Positions 18,001 through 26,911 of a stretch of DNA of 64,000 nucleotides are shown piece by piece. The stretch is from Oleispira sp. (lineage in GTDB: Bacteria > Pseudomonadota > Gammaproteobacteria > Pseudomonadales > Oceanobacteraceae). The DNA is taken from positions 5,869 to 69,868 of the forward strand of contig JBALXI010000011.1 in assembly GCA_036960605.1 (NCBI GenBank), read 5' to 3'. A model generated the notes under the pieces. That model saw only the letters and a program-made list of their open reading frames with translations, was not told the origin of the DNA and made no database searches. Each line of letters opens with the position of its first letter. Position 1 is the stretch's first letter. The translations under genes were made by a program, and so were the position numbers.

Positions 18001-18744
18001 CTGGTCGCTCAATATATATTGGAAGAATTTGGTATTCAGCCTGATATAACAGCCAACGGTGAAGAAGCCGTAAAAGCGTTAGAGACCTTACCTTATGACC
18101 TTGTCTTTATGGATTGCCAGATGCCAATATTAGACGGCTATGAAGCAACCAAACAGATTCGTGATATTGATTCAAAAGTTCTCGATAACACCATCCCTAT
18201 CGTCGCCATGACAGCCAATGCCATGCAAGGAGATCGAGAAAAATGCATCAACGTCGGCATGAACGATTTCATCTCCAAGCCCGTTGAATCAAGTAAAATT
18301 CTGCAAGCATTACAAAAGTGGCTACCTAAACAGGTACAAAATGATACTAGTGATGACCCAGAAACAGAGGTCATCGTAGAGCAAGCAGAAGAGTCTATTG
18401 TGCATAACTCAGCAATTATTTTTGATGATGTCGCGATGAAGAATCGCTTGATGAATAATAAAAATCTTATTCACAAGGTCATTGAAACGTTCACCTGTGA
18501 TATGGAATTACAAATTCGATTATTAAAAACAGCAATTGAAGCTAAAGACCTTGTTACCACCGCAGCACAAGCTCACAAAATTAAAGGTGCATCAGCCAAC
18601 GTCAGTGGCATAGCACTCAGCGCTTTGGCACTTTCTATAGAAGATGCCTGCAAGGCCCAAGAACTGGAGTCACTGGGAAAAATACTCCCGGTGATAGAAA
18701 GCCAGTTCATATTACTCAAAGCGGCCATGGTTGAAATACGATGA
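15097..18744 (+). CDS. hybrid sensor histidine kinase: TM, Cache-like periplasmic domain, TM, HAMP, PAS, HisKA/HATPase, two REC domains, Hpt
   Basis: H-box SHEIRTPMNG. N/G boxes NLVGNAIKFT and DTGIGL..GGTGLGLAI. Two receiver blocks (VDMQMPEMDG, MDCQMPILDG). C-terminal Hpt AHKIKGASANV. Confidence 0.9.
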   Translation: MGKSIPESHNTPTIRYSLSRTLILWFMLLALLPMLLVSWISYQQAHSRLVLNVHEKLEQSAATNVAFINNWFSQRLMDLTVQAKDQKNIDLLMSLKSGLNHSGLKPKAYIKSSDWANNVERAHSNLTTALSIYDYIYDLFLIDLEGNILYSLSEESDLGSNLFSGTLADTLFAKSAQYSLKTGNASFSDIERYAPSSNRLTGFMTTPLLDDKGMKVGIFAIQMRLDSIFQKTHDFDPISHTSDSLKHYLIGTDNLLRSSINNRYDDVLIKSIDTEQSHLWQSQRTAMVPSTNKSQPSFDYLGPNKNMVIGLHRTLEIPGENSWALISEIDRDEALIEANWLGTVTLSLVLLTGFIAAALAVYLARRITRPIIRLAEASMLVAEGKMDLRVELDLNNEIGQLAESFNHMIVMRQSHDLLLKKRENETNRALKELSEQQFALDQHSIVAITDLKGSITFVNERFCAISGYSEDELLGQNHRILNSGKQKKSFWVNMFRTISSGHVFHGEICNKAKDGREYWVETTIVPFFGDDKASSRYIAIRTDITKTKKIELSLKEAKESAEAGSLAKSEFLANMSHEIRTPMNGVIGMTNLLLGTPLNETQHTFAKTVKNSAESLLSIINDILDFSKVEAGMLEIEILEFDMSQVMNDFGRTIAFRAHEKGIELICPAEPLPQQWFNADPGRIRQILNNLVGNAIKFTNTGEVAVHYHVLKQSPLRTQLLFEVIDTGIGLSNDEQQGLFERFNQADGSTTRKHGGTGLGLAISKQLVELMGGEIGVKSIAGEGSTFWFTLDLANTQSKSSTSPARDLHGQKILVVDDNLTNRMLLDQLLTNWQVEHISVESASAALNVLSAAAKEGQPYDIAIVDMQMPEMDGVQLGALIKEDPILADTHLIMLTSQGSRGDAEKFSQAGFDGYLNKPVDQSALYNTLLRVSGISSPNQSVITSYNAHQQVQFNARILVVEDNVTNQLVAQYILEEFGIQPDITANGEEAVKALETLPYDLVFMDCQMPILDGYEATKQIRDIDSKVLDNTIPIVAMTANAMQGDREKCINVGMNDFISKPVESSKILQALQKWLPKQVQNDTSDDPETEVIVEQAEESIVHNSAIIFDDVAMKNRLMNNKNLIHKVIETFTCDMELQIRLLKTAIEAKDLVTTAAQAHKIKGASANVSGIALSALALSIEDACKAQELESLGKILPVIESQFILLKAAMVEIR

Positions 18745-19655
18745 AAATATTAATTGCCGAAGACGATGCAACTTCTCGAATGATCTTAACCGCAGTGGTC
18801 AGTGAGTGGGGCTATGAGCCCTTTGCGGTGGAAGATGGTGCGCAAGCATTACAGGTATTGCAAGCTGAAAACCCGCCACGTTTATTATTACTAGATTGGG
18901 AGATGCCTAAACTTAATGGCCTAGCCTTGTGTAAACATATTCGTGAAGAAGATACCAGTAATCCGCCTTACATCATTTTATTAACCGGCCGTAGTGACAC
19001 CGACGACATTGTGACCGGGCTCAAAGGCGGCGCTAATGATTACATATCTAAACCTTTCGAGAATGCCGAGCTGCAGGCTAGATTACAAGTTGGCAGACGC
19101 ATGCTGGATTTACAAGACGAACTAAACCAAGCAAAAGAGGCGATGGCTTTCCAAGCAAATTATGATGAGCTGACAGGGCTTATGAACCGCAGGGCTGTCA
19201 TGAAAGCCATTGAACTTGAAATAGAGCGCAGTAAACGGAGCTTACAGCCGCTGTACATTTGCATGTGTGATATCGATCACTTCAAAAAAATAAATGATAC
19301 TCATGGTCACCTTGTCGGCGATGCGGTGCTTAAAGAAATTGCTCAACGCTTCAATACCAGCCTTCGACCTTATGATCTATGCGGGCGCTATGGAGGAGAA
19401 GAGTTTTTAATTATTCTTAATAGTGAAGAAAGCAACGTGCAGTCATTATTCGAACGAGTTCGTCAAACCATCGCAGACAAGCCTTTCAAACATGAGCAGG
19501 CAGCCATAAGCGTAACGATAAGCTGTGGTGTAACCCTATATTCCCCGCCAACAGATGAACGTAATAGTACTCAACTGCTTACCGATGCGGATACGGCACT
19601 CTATGAGGCAAAAAACACGGGGCGTAACCGGACAGTCTTTAATTCAAATAAATAA
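18741..19655 (+). CDS. response regulator with GGDEF output (diguanylate cyclase, PleD/WspR-like)
   Basis: REC (LLLDWEMPKLNG) plus a GGDEF domain with GGEEF and an RxxD-type site upstream. Its start overlaps the kinase stop (ATGA). Confidence 0.9.
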   Translation: MKILIAEDDATSRMILTAVVSEWGYEPFAVEDGAQALQVLQAENPPRLLLLDWEMPKLNGLALCKHIREEDTSNPPYIILLTGRSDTDDIVTGLKGGANDYISKPFENAELQARLQVGRRMLDLQDELNQAKEAMAFQANYDELTGLMNRRAVMKAIELEIERSKRSLQPLYICMCDIDHFKKINDTHGHLVGDAVLKEIAQRFNTSLRPYDLCGRYGGEEFLIILNSEESNVQSLFERVRQTIADKPFKHEQAAISVTISCGVTLYSPPTDERNSTQLLTDADTALYEAKNTGRNRTVFNSNK

Positions 19656-19743
19656 CTCCCTGAAGATGGCTAGACGGTAAGTTATTTCTTTACTACCCTT
19701 TAGTTATTAATTAGTCGAGTCTCAATTCAAGGAAGATAATTTC

Positions 19744-20706
19744 ATGCGCTCTACCCCATCTTGTCAGTTCTGTTTATTCATTATCCTTACCCTATTCTTA
19801 TCCGCCTGTTCAAAAGACTCGGCCCCTGCACTGCGCATTGGAATTAACGCTTGGCCGGGTTATGAATACTTAACCTTGGCTGAGCAAATGGGCTACTACA
19901 AGGATGAAGGCGTCGAAGTAAAATTGATTCCCTTCCAAACCTTAGCCGATGGTCGTCGAGCCTTTGAAAAAGGTCATATTGATATTATGGCCGGAACGTT
20001 AATGGAATTTTACAGCACACGAGAAGTAGCCGGTATTAATCCTGTCGTTTTTTTAGTGGCCGACTTTTCCAATGGCGGTGACATGCTATTAGCGCATAAA
20101 AGCATCACCACCGTCGCTGAGTTAAAGGGTAAGAAATTGGGTTTAGAAGCTGGCTCAGTTGATGTGCTTACCGCAGCCAATGCACTCGCTTCAGCACAAT
20201 TAGGTTTTGACGATGTCACCCTCGTATCACTACCGCAACCGAACAACATTAAAGCACTCTTGGCTGGCGACATTGATGCCGCACAAACCTACCCTCCTTT
20301 TGCCACCAAAGCGCTGGCGAATCCAGATATTATCCGTCTCTTTGATACCAGCCAAACTCCAGGTGATATTATCGATATTATTTTCACTCGTCGCACGATT
20401 GTCACAGAACGCAAAGATGATTTAGCAAAAATTTCTCGCGCATTTGAACGCGCAGTGCAATACCAAAATACCAACGAAGAAGATGCTATTGCACGTATGG
20501 CCAAGCGTGAGGGTTTAACTTCCGCTGAATTTTCCGATGCCCTTAGTGGTTTAAAAATAATTAACCAGCAAGAACAGGCTACGTATTTACAGGAAGGAAA
20601 ATTGCTTGAACTTTTACATTCGACCCATACGGCTTTAACCTCCATTGGTGTAATCAACAATGCCGTTTGTGGCGTCGAATGCTTCACTGATGTGGCGATA
20701 AAATAA
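19744..20706 (+). CDS. periplasmic solute-binding lipoprotein (NMT1/SsuA/TauA-like), no cognate ABC transporter genes nearby
   Basis: Lipobox LSAC. The pattern LRIGINAWPGYEYL...GHIDIMAG is typical of nitrate/sulfonate/bicarbonate-type SBPs. Confidence 0.75.
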   Translation: MRSTPSCQFCLFIILTLFLSACSKDSAPALRIGINAWPGYEYLTLAEQMGYYKDEGVEVKLIPFQTLADGRRAFEKGHIDIMAGTLMEFYSTREVAGINPVVFLVADFSNGGDMLLAHKSITTVAELKGKKLGLEAGSVDVLTAANALASAQLGFDDVTLVSLPQPNNIKALLAGDIDAAQTYPPFATKALANPDIIRLFDTSQTPGDIIDIIFTRRTIVTERKDDLAKISRAFERAVQYQNTNEEDAIARMAKREGLTSAEFSDALSGLKIINQQEQATYLQEGKLLELLHSTHTALTSIGVINNAVCGVECFTDVAIK

Positions 20707-20707
20707 A

Positions 20708-23080
20708 TTGGGCCTAGCCGTAGAGAAGACCTCATTTCGTTCACTGCGTCTTCGTTTATTACAACCGCTCATAATACTGTCTGCGATTGCAGCCATTACT
20801 GCAGGACTTGGGGTTTACTGGTTTGAAAACAAAGCGCTGCAATCAGATTTGCAACAGCGCGGGCAGTTACTCTCAACTGCATTAATTATTTCAGCAGAAA
20901 CCAGCTCTTCTCTGGCCGATTTTCATCGCATGGTTTTAGCCATTTCGAGTGAGCCCAGTATTGAGAGCATTATATTATTAGACTTGAACTATCAACCTAT
21001 ATTTACGGGTGATAGTTATGATATCCATAAACACAAAGGTGAACTGAAAAACTTAGAGCCGTTGATTAAGCAGGCGAAAGCGACAGGGTTAAGCATCGGC
21101 GCTATCGATTCACAAAAGGACTACGTTTATAAAGTCGTCTCTTTAATCAACGTATCCTCCCTTCCCCAAGAAAACATATTCAAACCAGAAGCATCCCTTC
21201 TTTTAGTCAATTTACATACAGAGGAAGCCGTCACTGAAGCACTCACTAATGCTGCGTTTCTGACGGCACTCTTTTTCTGTATTGGCCTAATCGCTTTTTC
21301 TGTCATTTACTATTTAATTAATAAGTTAGTCCTTAATCCCAGCCAAAGAATTGTGTCGGTAATGCAATCGCAAAGCTTCAAGAAAAATGAAAGTACTGGC
21401 TTTAAACCTGAACACGAGCTCGGCCTCATTGGACAAACGTTTGATCTTCTTGCTGAGAAACTGAATGCTCGCAAGCAAGCATTAGAACAAGCTTTGATTA
21501 AAGCTCAAGATGCTAATACCGCCAAAAGCCAGTTTTTAGCCAGTATGAGCCATGAAATACGCACACCCATGAATGGCGTTATTGGTATGTTGCACCTTTT
21601 AAAAGAAGAGCCACTCAACGAAAAGCAAACAAAATACGTCACGCTGGCAAAGTCGAGCGCTGATTCTCTGCTATCGTTGATCAATGATATTTTGGACGTT
21701 TCAAAAATAGAGGCTGGCAAACTCGATATCGAAATAATTGATTTTGATATTCGTAGTTTATTTTCCGAACTTGTGTCATCAATGACTCATCGAATTAAAA
21801 GCCAAGATTTAAAATTGATTCTTGAAATTAATAATTTGACCGAGCAATTTGTTCGAGGTGATCCCCATAGACTCAAGCAAATTCTTACCAATCTATTAGG
21901 TAATGCACTCAAGTTCACTCAGCAAGGTGAAATCACAATTCATGCGGCACTTGTTTCTTCTCTGAATAATAATGAGGAGGATAAAGATCTGCTGCTACAG
22001 TGTGTGGTCAGCGATACGGGCATCGGCATCCCCAATGATAAAGTTGATCAATTATTCAACTCATTCACCCAAGCCGACTCATCAACAACCCGAGAATACG
22101 GAGGAACAGGACTTGGCTTGTCTATTGCCAAACAACTTTGCCAGCTTATGGGGGGTAATATTAAAGTGAGCAGTCAACTTGGCCAAGGTAGTCAGTTCAG
22201 TTTTGAAATTCAATTATCACATAGTGATAGTCAGGTTGCTTTGCAAGCTCTTCATCACAATATCGAGTCGTCGAATATAGAACTTCAACGCTATAAACAT
22301 CAGAAAATATTATTGGTTGAAGACAATGCAATCAACCAGTTAGTGGCCTTAGGTATATTAGAAAACTTTGAAATTAAAGCCGATATCGCCGGTGATGGTA
22401 AAGAAGCTATTGATATTTTACTACAAACAAGCGAGCGCTATTATTCATTAATATTAATGGATTGTCAGATGCCAGTAATGGATGGATTTCATGCTACCAG
22501 AAACATACGTAAGGGAGATGCTGGAGACAGCTATCGTAACATTCCTATTATCGCGCTGACCGCTAATGCGATGCAAGGTGATCGAGAACAGTGCATCCAA
22601 GCGGGCATGAGTGACTACCTCACGAAACCCATCGATGGCAAACTATTAGCCGCATGCTTATCAAACTGGCTTACCACGATAGACCCCGTAGCTGAGATAG
22701 AAGAATTGATCAAAAGTGACTCTGCGTTTCACCAAGATGAAATTAAAATATGGGATCGTTCCGCTCTGATGCAACGCCTTGGTAATCAAGAACAGATAAT
22801 GATTAAAATACTACAATGCTTTTTGCAAGATACACCTGAATTAATCAATAAATTTGAAGGTTACATCAAGAGCAAGGAAAATGCTGGACTTGCAGAAATA
22901 GCCCATACTTTGAAAGGAGTAACGGCTAACATTAGCGCATCTGAACTGCATGAGCTTTCAGAGAAAATAGAAAATCTAATTCAGCAGGATCTTTGGGACG
23001 ATGTTGCTGTCACTTGGCCTGAGCTAAAAATCAGCTATCAGCGCCTGTGTAATAAAATAAAAAATGATATGCCGATATAA
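20708..23080 (+). CDS. hybrid sensor histidine kinase: 2 TM with a periplasmic loop, HisKA/HATPase, REC, Hpt
   Basis: TTG start 1 nt after the SBP stop. H-box SHEIRTPMNG, GGTGLGLSI, MDCQMPVMDG, Hpt AHTLKGVTANI. Confidence 0.85.
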   Translation: MGLAVEKTSFRSLRLRLLQPLIILSAIAAITAGLGVYWFENKALQSDLQQRGQLLSTALIISAETSSSLADFHRMVLAISSEPSIESIILLDLNYQPIFTGDSYDIHKHKGELKNLEPLIKQAKATGLSIGAIDSQKDYVYKVVSLINVSSLPQENIFKPEASLLLVNLHTEEAVTEALTNAAFLTALFFCIGLIAFSVIYYLINKLVLNPSQRIVSVMQSQSFKKNESTGFKPEHELGLIGQTFDLLAEKLNARKQALEQALIKAQDANTAKSQFLASMSHEIRTPMNGVIGMLHLLKEEPLNEKQTKYVTLAKSSADSLLSLINDILDVSKIEAGKLDIEIIDFDIRSLFSELVSSMTHRIKSQDLKLILEINNLTEQFVRGDPHRLKQILTNLLGNALKFTQQGEITIHAALVSSLNNNEEDKDLLLQCVVSDTGIGIPNDKVDQLFNSFTQADSSTTREYGGTGLGLSIAKQLCQLMGGNIKVSSQLGQGSQFSFEIQLSHSDSQVALQALHHNIESSNIELQRYKHQKILLVEDNAINQLVALGILENFEIKADIAGDGKEAIDILLQTSERYYSLILMDCQMPVMDGFHATRNIRKGDAGDSYRNIPIIALTANAMQGDREQCIQAGMSDYLTKPIDGKLLAACLSNWLTTIDPVAEIEELIKSDSAFHQDEIKIWDRSALMQRLGNQEQIMIKILQCFLQDTPELINKFEGYIKSKENAGLAEIAHTLKGVTANISASELHELSEKIENLIQQDLWDDVAVTWPELKISYQRLCNKIKNDMPI

Positions 23081-23144
23081 ATAAATACTTGTTAACTTCT
23101 ACTCTAGCAATAACTGCTCAATCCAATGGCGAAACAACAGACAC

Positions 23145-23185
23145 AAAAAAACCGCATCATATTGCTATGAATGCGGTTCTTTTTA
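23145..23185. terminator. bidirectional rho-independent terminator (kinase gene / argG)
   Basis: AAAAAA-ACCGCATCAT..ATGAATGCGGT-TCTTTTT: a hairpin flanked by an A-run and a T-run between convergent genes. Confidence 0.75.
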
Positions 23186-23212
23186 GAAAAGCTTAAACGC
23201 TATCTTTAGGAT

Positions 23213-24436
23213 CTAGTTACCTAAAGGATTACGGCCTTTCTTAGCAGCAGTACGTAGACGTAAAGCATTCAACTTAATGAAGCCTGCAGCGTCTTTCTGA
23301 TCGTAAGCGCCATCATCGTCTTCGAACGTCGCAATTGCTTCGTCGAACAAGCTATCGTCAGACTTACGGCCAACAACCACTACGTTGCCTTTATAAAGCT
23401 TAAGACGCACGTCACCGTTAACTACCGTTTGAGTATTGTCGATAGCAGCCTGAAGCATTAAACGCTCAGGAGACCACCAGTATCCGTTATAGATAAGGTT
23501 GGCGTACTTAGGCATTAGCTCATCTTTCAAGTGAGCCACTTCACGGTCTAAGGTGATTGATTCAATTGCACGGTGTGCTTTCATCAGAACCGTACCGGCT
23601 GGAGTCTCGTAGCAACCGCGAGCTTTCATGCCCACATAACGGTTTTCTACGATATCAACACGGCCAATACCGTTTTCGCCAGCTGTCTTGTTCAGTTCTT
23701 CCATTACAGTCGCAGGGGTCTTATCAACTCCGTCGATTGCAACAACGTCACCGTTCTTGAAAGTAAGCGTTAAATACGTTGGCTCATCAGGCGCGTTTTC
23801 AGGCGACTTAGTCCACAACCACATATCTTCTTCTGGTTCATTCCAAGGATCTTCTAGAATGTCGCCTTCATAAGAAATGTGTAACAAGTTAGCATCCATA
23901 GAATAAGGAGACTTCTTGCCTTTTTTCTTTTCAACTTCAATGCCGTGCTTATCGCAATACGCCATCAGAGATTCGCGAGACGTTAAGTCCCACTCACGCC
24001 AAGGTGCAATAACCTGAACGCCTGGCTTAAGTGCATAAGCACCTAGCTCGAAACGTACTTGGTCGTTACCTTTACCGGTTGCGCCGTGAGAGATCGCATC
24101 TGCGCCAGTTTCGTTAGCGATTTCAATCAAACGCTTAGCGATTAATGGACGAGCGATCGACGTACCTAGAAGATATTCACCTTCATAGATAGTATTCGCA
24201 CGGAACATTGGGAATACGAAGTCACGTGCATATTCTTCACGTAAATCGTCAATGTAAATCTCTTTAATGCCTAGCGCTTCCGCTTTCGCGCGCGCTGGCT
24301 CAACTTCTTCGCCCTGACCAAGGTCAGCTGTGAAGGTTACAACTTCGCAGTTATATTCTTCTTGAAGCCACTTAACAATTACAGACGTATCCAGACCACC
24401 GGAGTACGCCAACACCACTTTTTTGATGTCAGACAT
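23213..24436 (-). CDS. argG: argininosuccinate synthase
   Basis: [19 protein letters not shown] start at ATG 24436. The ORF-track extension of 58 codons is non-homologous. Full-length colinearity with type I ArgG. Confidence 0.95.
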   Translation of the reverse strand: MSDIKKVVLAYSGGLDTSVIVKWLQEEYNCEVVTFTADLGQGEEVEPARAKAEALGIKEIYIDDLREEYARDFVFPMFRANTIYEGEYLLGTSIARPLIAKRLIEIANETGADAISHGATGKGNDQVRFELGAYALKPGVQVIAPWREWDLTSRESLMAYCDKHGIEVEKKKGKKSPYSMDANLLHISYEGDILEDPWNEPEEDMWLWTKSPENAPDEPTYLTLTFKNGDVVAIDGVDKTPATVMEELNKTAGENGIGRVDIVENRYVGMKARGCYETPAGTVLMKAHRAIESITLDREVAHLKDELMPKYANLIYNGYWWSPERLMLQAAIDNTQTVVNGDVRLKLYKGNVVVVGRKSDDSLFDEAIATFEDDDGAYDQKDAAGFIKLNALRLRTAAKKGRNPLGN

Positions 24437-24502
24437 AGATATGCTCTCGCTATTGCAACTCATATTGAGCTGGGGAGATGAAAATAGAAATTTTAGGGCG
24501 CA

Positions 24503-24555
24503 AATTCTACTACAATAGCCTCTTAATGAACAGATACTGCAGAGATGTAGTAGAA
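24503..24555. promoter_or_regulatory. 11-bp perfect inverted repeat ATTCTACTACA..(31 nt)..TGTAGTAGAAT in the argG/queC divergent region
   Basis: Read directly from the sequence: arms at 24503..24513 and 24545..24555. Confidence 0.3.
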
Positions 24556-24637
24556 TGGCAAAAATGTTGGTCAGCTGTATAATAGCCAACTTTCTTATCC
24601 AAACAGTCAACTATCTAGTTAAGCAGTGAGATTTCTT

Positions 24638-25339
24638 ATGTCTGACAACCCTTCTTCTCAACCTTCTGAGACACAAGACAAGCCAAAAGCCGTTGTTATT
24701 TATTCCGGTGGTATGGATTCGTATACCATTTTGAATAAAGCCAAAGCAGAAGGGTATGACCTTTACGCCCTAACCTTTGATTATGGCCAAAAGCACGATA
24801 AAGAAATTGAATTCGCCAGCGATGCCTGCAAAGAATTAGAGATCAATCATAAGATCATTGATATCACGGCGATTAACCAGCTATTGCAGAGCTCTTCTTT
24901 GACTTCGGATATTGAAATTCCTGAAGGTCATTATGAATCGGCCAGCATGAAATCTACCGTAGTGCCGAACCGCAATATGATTTTGTTATCATTGGCGATT
25001 GGTTATGCCGTTGATATTGGCGCCAATAAAGTTTTCTATGGCGCTCACTCGGGTGATCACGCTATTTATCCTGATTGCCGCCCTGACTTTGTACACGCCA
25101 TGAACAAGGTAGCCAAATTGGCTAACTATGAGCCTGTGGATATCGTGACGCCGTATTTGAACAGTGATAAATCAGAAATTTTAGCCGATGGTATAAAGAT
25201 GGGCTTAGATTACGGAAAATCTTGGACCTGTTATAATGGCCGTGAAAAAGCCTGTGGCAAATGCGGCTCTTGTGTCGAACGTTTAGAAGCGTTTGAGTTA
25301 AACAAGGCAACTGATCCATTGGCGTATGAAGCCCTTTAA
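24638..25339 (+). CDS. queC: 7-cyano-7-deazaguanine synthase
   Basis: PP-loop [10 protein letters not shown] and C-terminal zinc cysteines [22 protein letters not shown] 24638 is preferred over GTG 24626. Confidence 0.9.
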   Translation: MSDNPSSQPSETQDKPKAVVIYSGGMDSYTILNKAKAEGYDLYALTFDYGQKHDKEIEFASDACKELEINHKIIDITAINQLLQSSSLTSDIEIPEGHYESASMKSTVVPNRNMILLSLAIGYAVDIGANKVFYGAHSGDHAIYPDCRPDFVHAMNKVAKLANYEPVDIVTPYLNSDKSEILADGIKMGLDYGKSWTCYNGREKACGKCGSCVERLEAFELNKATDPLAYEAL

Positions 25340-25367
25340 ACACTATTAAAAAGTTAAGTAAGCAGCA

Positions 25368-26066
25368 ATGACAAAAACGTATCGCGTAAAAGAGATTTTT
25401 TATACTCTACAAGGAGAAGGTGCCCAAGCCGGTCGCCCTTCTGTTTTCTGCCGCTTCAGCAAATGCAACTTGTGGAATGGTAAAGAAGAATCTCGTGCAC
25501 AATCGGTTTGTGATTTTTGTGATACTGACTTTGTCGGCACTGACGGTGAGAATGGCGGAATTTATTCTGCCACTGAACTGGTGCAACTGATTGCTTCTTT
25601 ATGGCCGGGTAACCCATCACCAAAAACTAACAGTAAGAACCAGGGTTCTCCCTATATTGTTTGTACCGGTGGTGAGCCTTTGCTTCAGTTAGACGAGCCC
25701 TTAATAGAAATCATGCACGACTATGGTTTTGAAGTTGCTGTAGAAACAAATGGCACCTTGCCTGCGCCTGAAGGTCTCGATTGGATTTGTTTAAGCCCTA
25801 AAGCCGACGCTGAATTAACGTTATTAGAGTGCGATGAGTTGAAGCTGGTTTATCCACAACCTCTAGCAATGCCTGAATCTTTCGATCATATACAAGCCAC
25901 CCATCGCTACATTCAGCCAATGTCCAATGCGTCTCTCGAATACATTGCCTCTGACGCGCACCAAGGCTTGTCGCAAAGCAATACTCAGAAGGCAACCAAC
26001 TACTGCCTGAAACATCCACAGTGGAAGTTAAGTCTACAAACCCATAAGATGCTTGGCATAGAATAA
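25368..26066 (+). CDS. queE: 7-carboxy-7-deazaguanine synthase (radical SAM)
   Basis: E. coli-type CX14CX2C cluster motif (CNLWNGKEESRAQSVCDFCDTDF), GGEPLLQ, and FYTLQGEG at the N-terminus. Confidence 0.9.
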   Translation: MTKTYRVKEIFYTLQGEGAQAGRPSVFCRFSKCNLWNGKEESRAQSVCDFCDTDFVGTDGENGGIYSATELVQLIASLWPGNPSPKTNSKNQGSPYIVCTGGEPLLQLDEPLIEIMHDYGFEVAVETNGTLPAPEGLDWICLSPKADAELTLLECDELKLVYPQPLAMPESFDHIQATHRYIQPMSNASLEYIASDAHQGLSQSNTQKATNYCLKHPQWKLSLQTHKMLGIE

Positions 26067-26085
26067 TTTCCCGCAAGGAAGTGAC

Positions 26086-26907
26086 ATGCCAGCAACAGAC
26101 ATCCATAAGTTCAGTGTGCTTAAGTTCAGTGTAGAAAGCCACATTGCAACGATTACGCTAAATCAGCCAGAAACCCGCAACTCTATTTCAGAGCATGAAA
26201 TGATTGATGCCATCGTTGCGGCCTGTGACGAACTCAATCAAAACCCTGATATTCGCGTCGCCATTTTAACCGGCGCAGGCAGTGCCTTTTGCTCCGGCGG
26301 TAACGTCAAAGACATGCGTGATAAGAAGGGCATGTTTGCTGGTTCCAGTGATGAACTCGCCGATAACTATCGTAATGGCATTCAAAGAATCCCTCTCGCA
26401 TTGAGCCAGGTAAAAATCCCTTTAATCGCGGCTGTTAATGGCCCTGCTGTCGGTGCAGGTTGTGATTTAACCTGCATGTGCGATATTCGCATCGCTTCAG
26501 AAAAAGCCAAATTCGCAGAAAGCTTTATTAAAGTCGGTATTATTCCAGGAGATGGTGGCGCTTGGTTTTTGCCGCGTATCGTGGGTATTAGCCGCGCTTC
26601 ACAAATGGCTTTAACCGGACAAATGATTGATGCTCAAACCGCCTTACAGTGGAACTTAGTCTCAGAAGTAGTTGCCCATGATGTTTTGCTAGAACGTGCA
26701 AATGAATTAGCCCAACAAATTGCCTGCAATCCCCCGCAAGTTATTCGCGCGACTAAACGCTTATTAAAGCTGGGGCAGACGATGGAGTTACCTGAACTGC
26801 TTAATGAATCTGCCACGGTACAAGCACAAATGCACGCTACGGAAGATCATCTAGAAGCGGTGAATGCTTTTCTAGAAAAACGTACGCCTAGCTTCAAAGG
26901 TTGCTAA
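26086..26907 (+). CDS. enoyl-CoA hydratase/isomerase (crotonase) family protein
   Basis: Crotonase-fold motifs LTGAGSAFCSGGN and AAVNGPAVGAGCDL. Confidence 0.85.
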   Translation: MPATDIHKFSVLKFSVESHIATITLNQPETRNSISEHEMIDAIVAACDELNQNPDIRVAILTGAGSAFCSGGNVKDMRDKKGMFAGSSDELADNYRNGIQRIPLALSQVKIPLIAAVNGPAVGAGCDLTCMCDIRIASEKAKFAESFIKVGIIPGDGGAWFLPRIVGISRASQMALTGQMIDAQTALQWNLVSEVVAHDVLLERANELAQQIACNPPQVIRATKRLLKLGQTMELPELLNESATVQAQMHATEDHLEAVNAFLEKRTPSFKGC

Positions 26908-26911
26908 TAAC

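Noticed and set aside
20010-20744. Antisense ORFs of 87 and 151 aa, and a 72-aa plus-strand out-of-frame ORF, inside the solute-binding protein gene
   Set aside because: The sense ORF has clear family similarity and a lipobox. The antisense products are low-complexity and have no start context.
24437-24610. 58-codon N-terminal extension of argG
   Set aside because: ArgG homology starts at [18 protein letters not shown] (ATG 24436). The extension is Cys/Leu/Ile-rich promoter sequence shared with queC.
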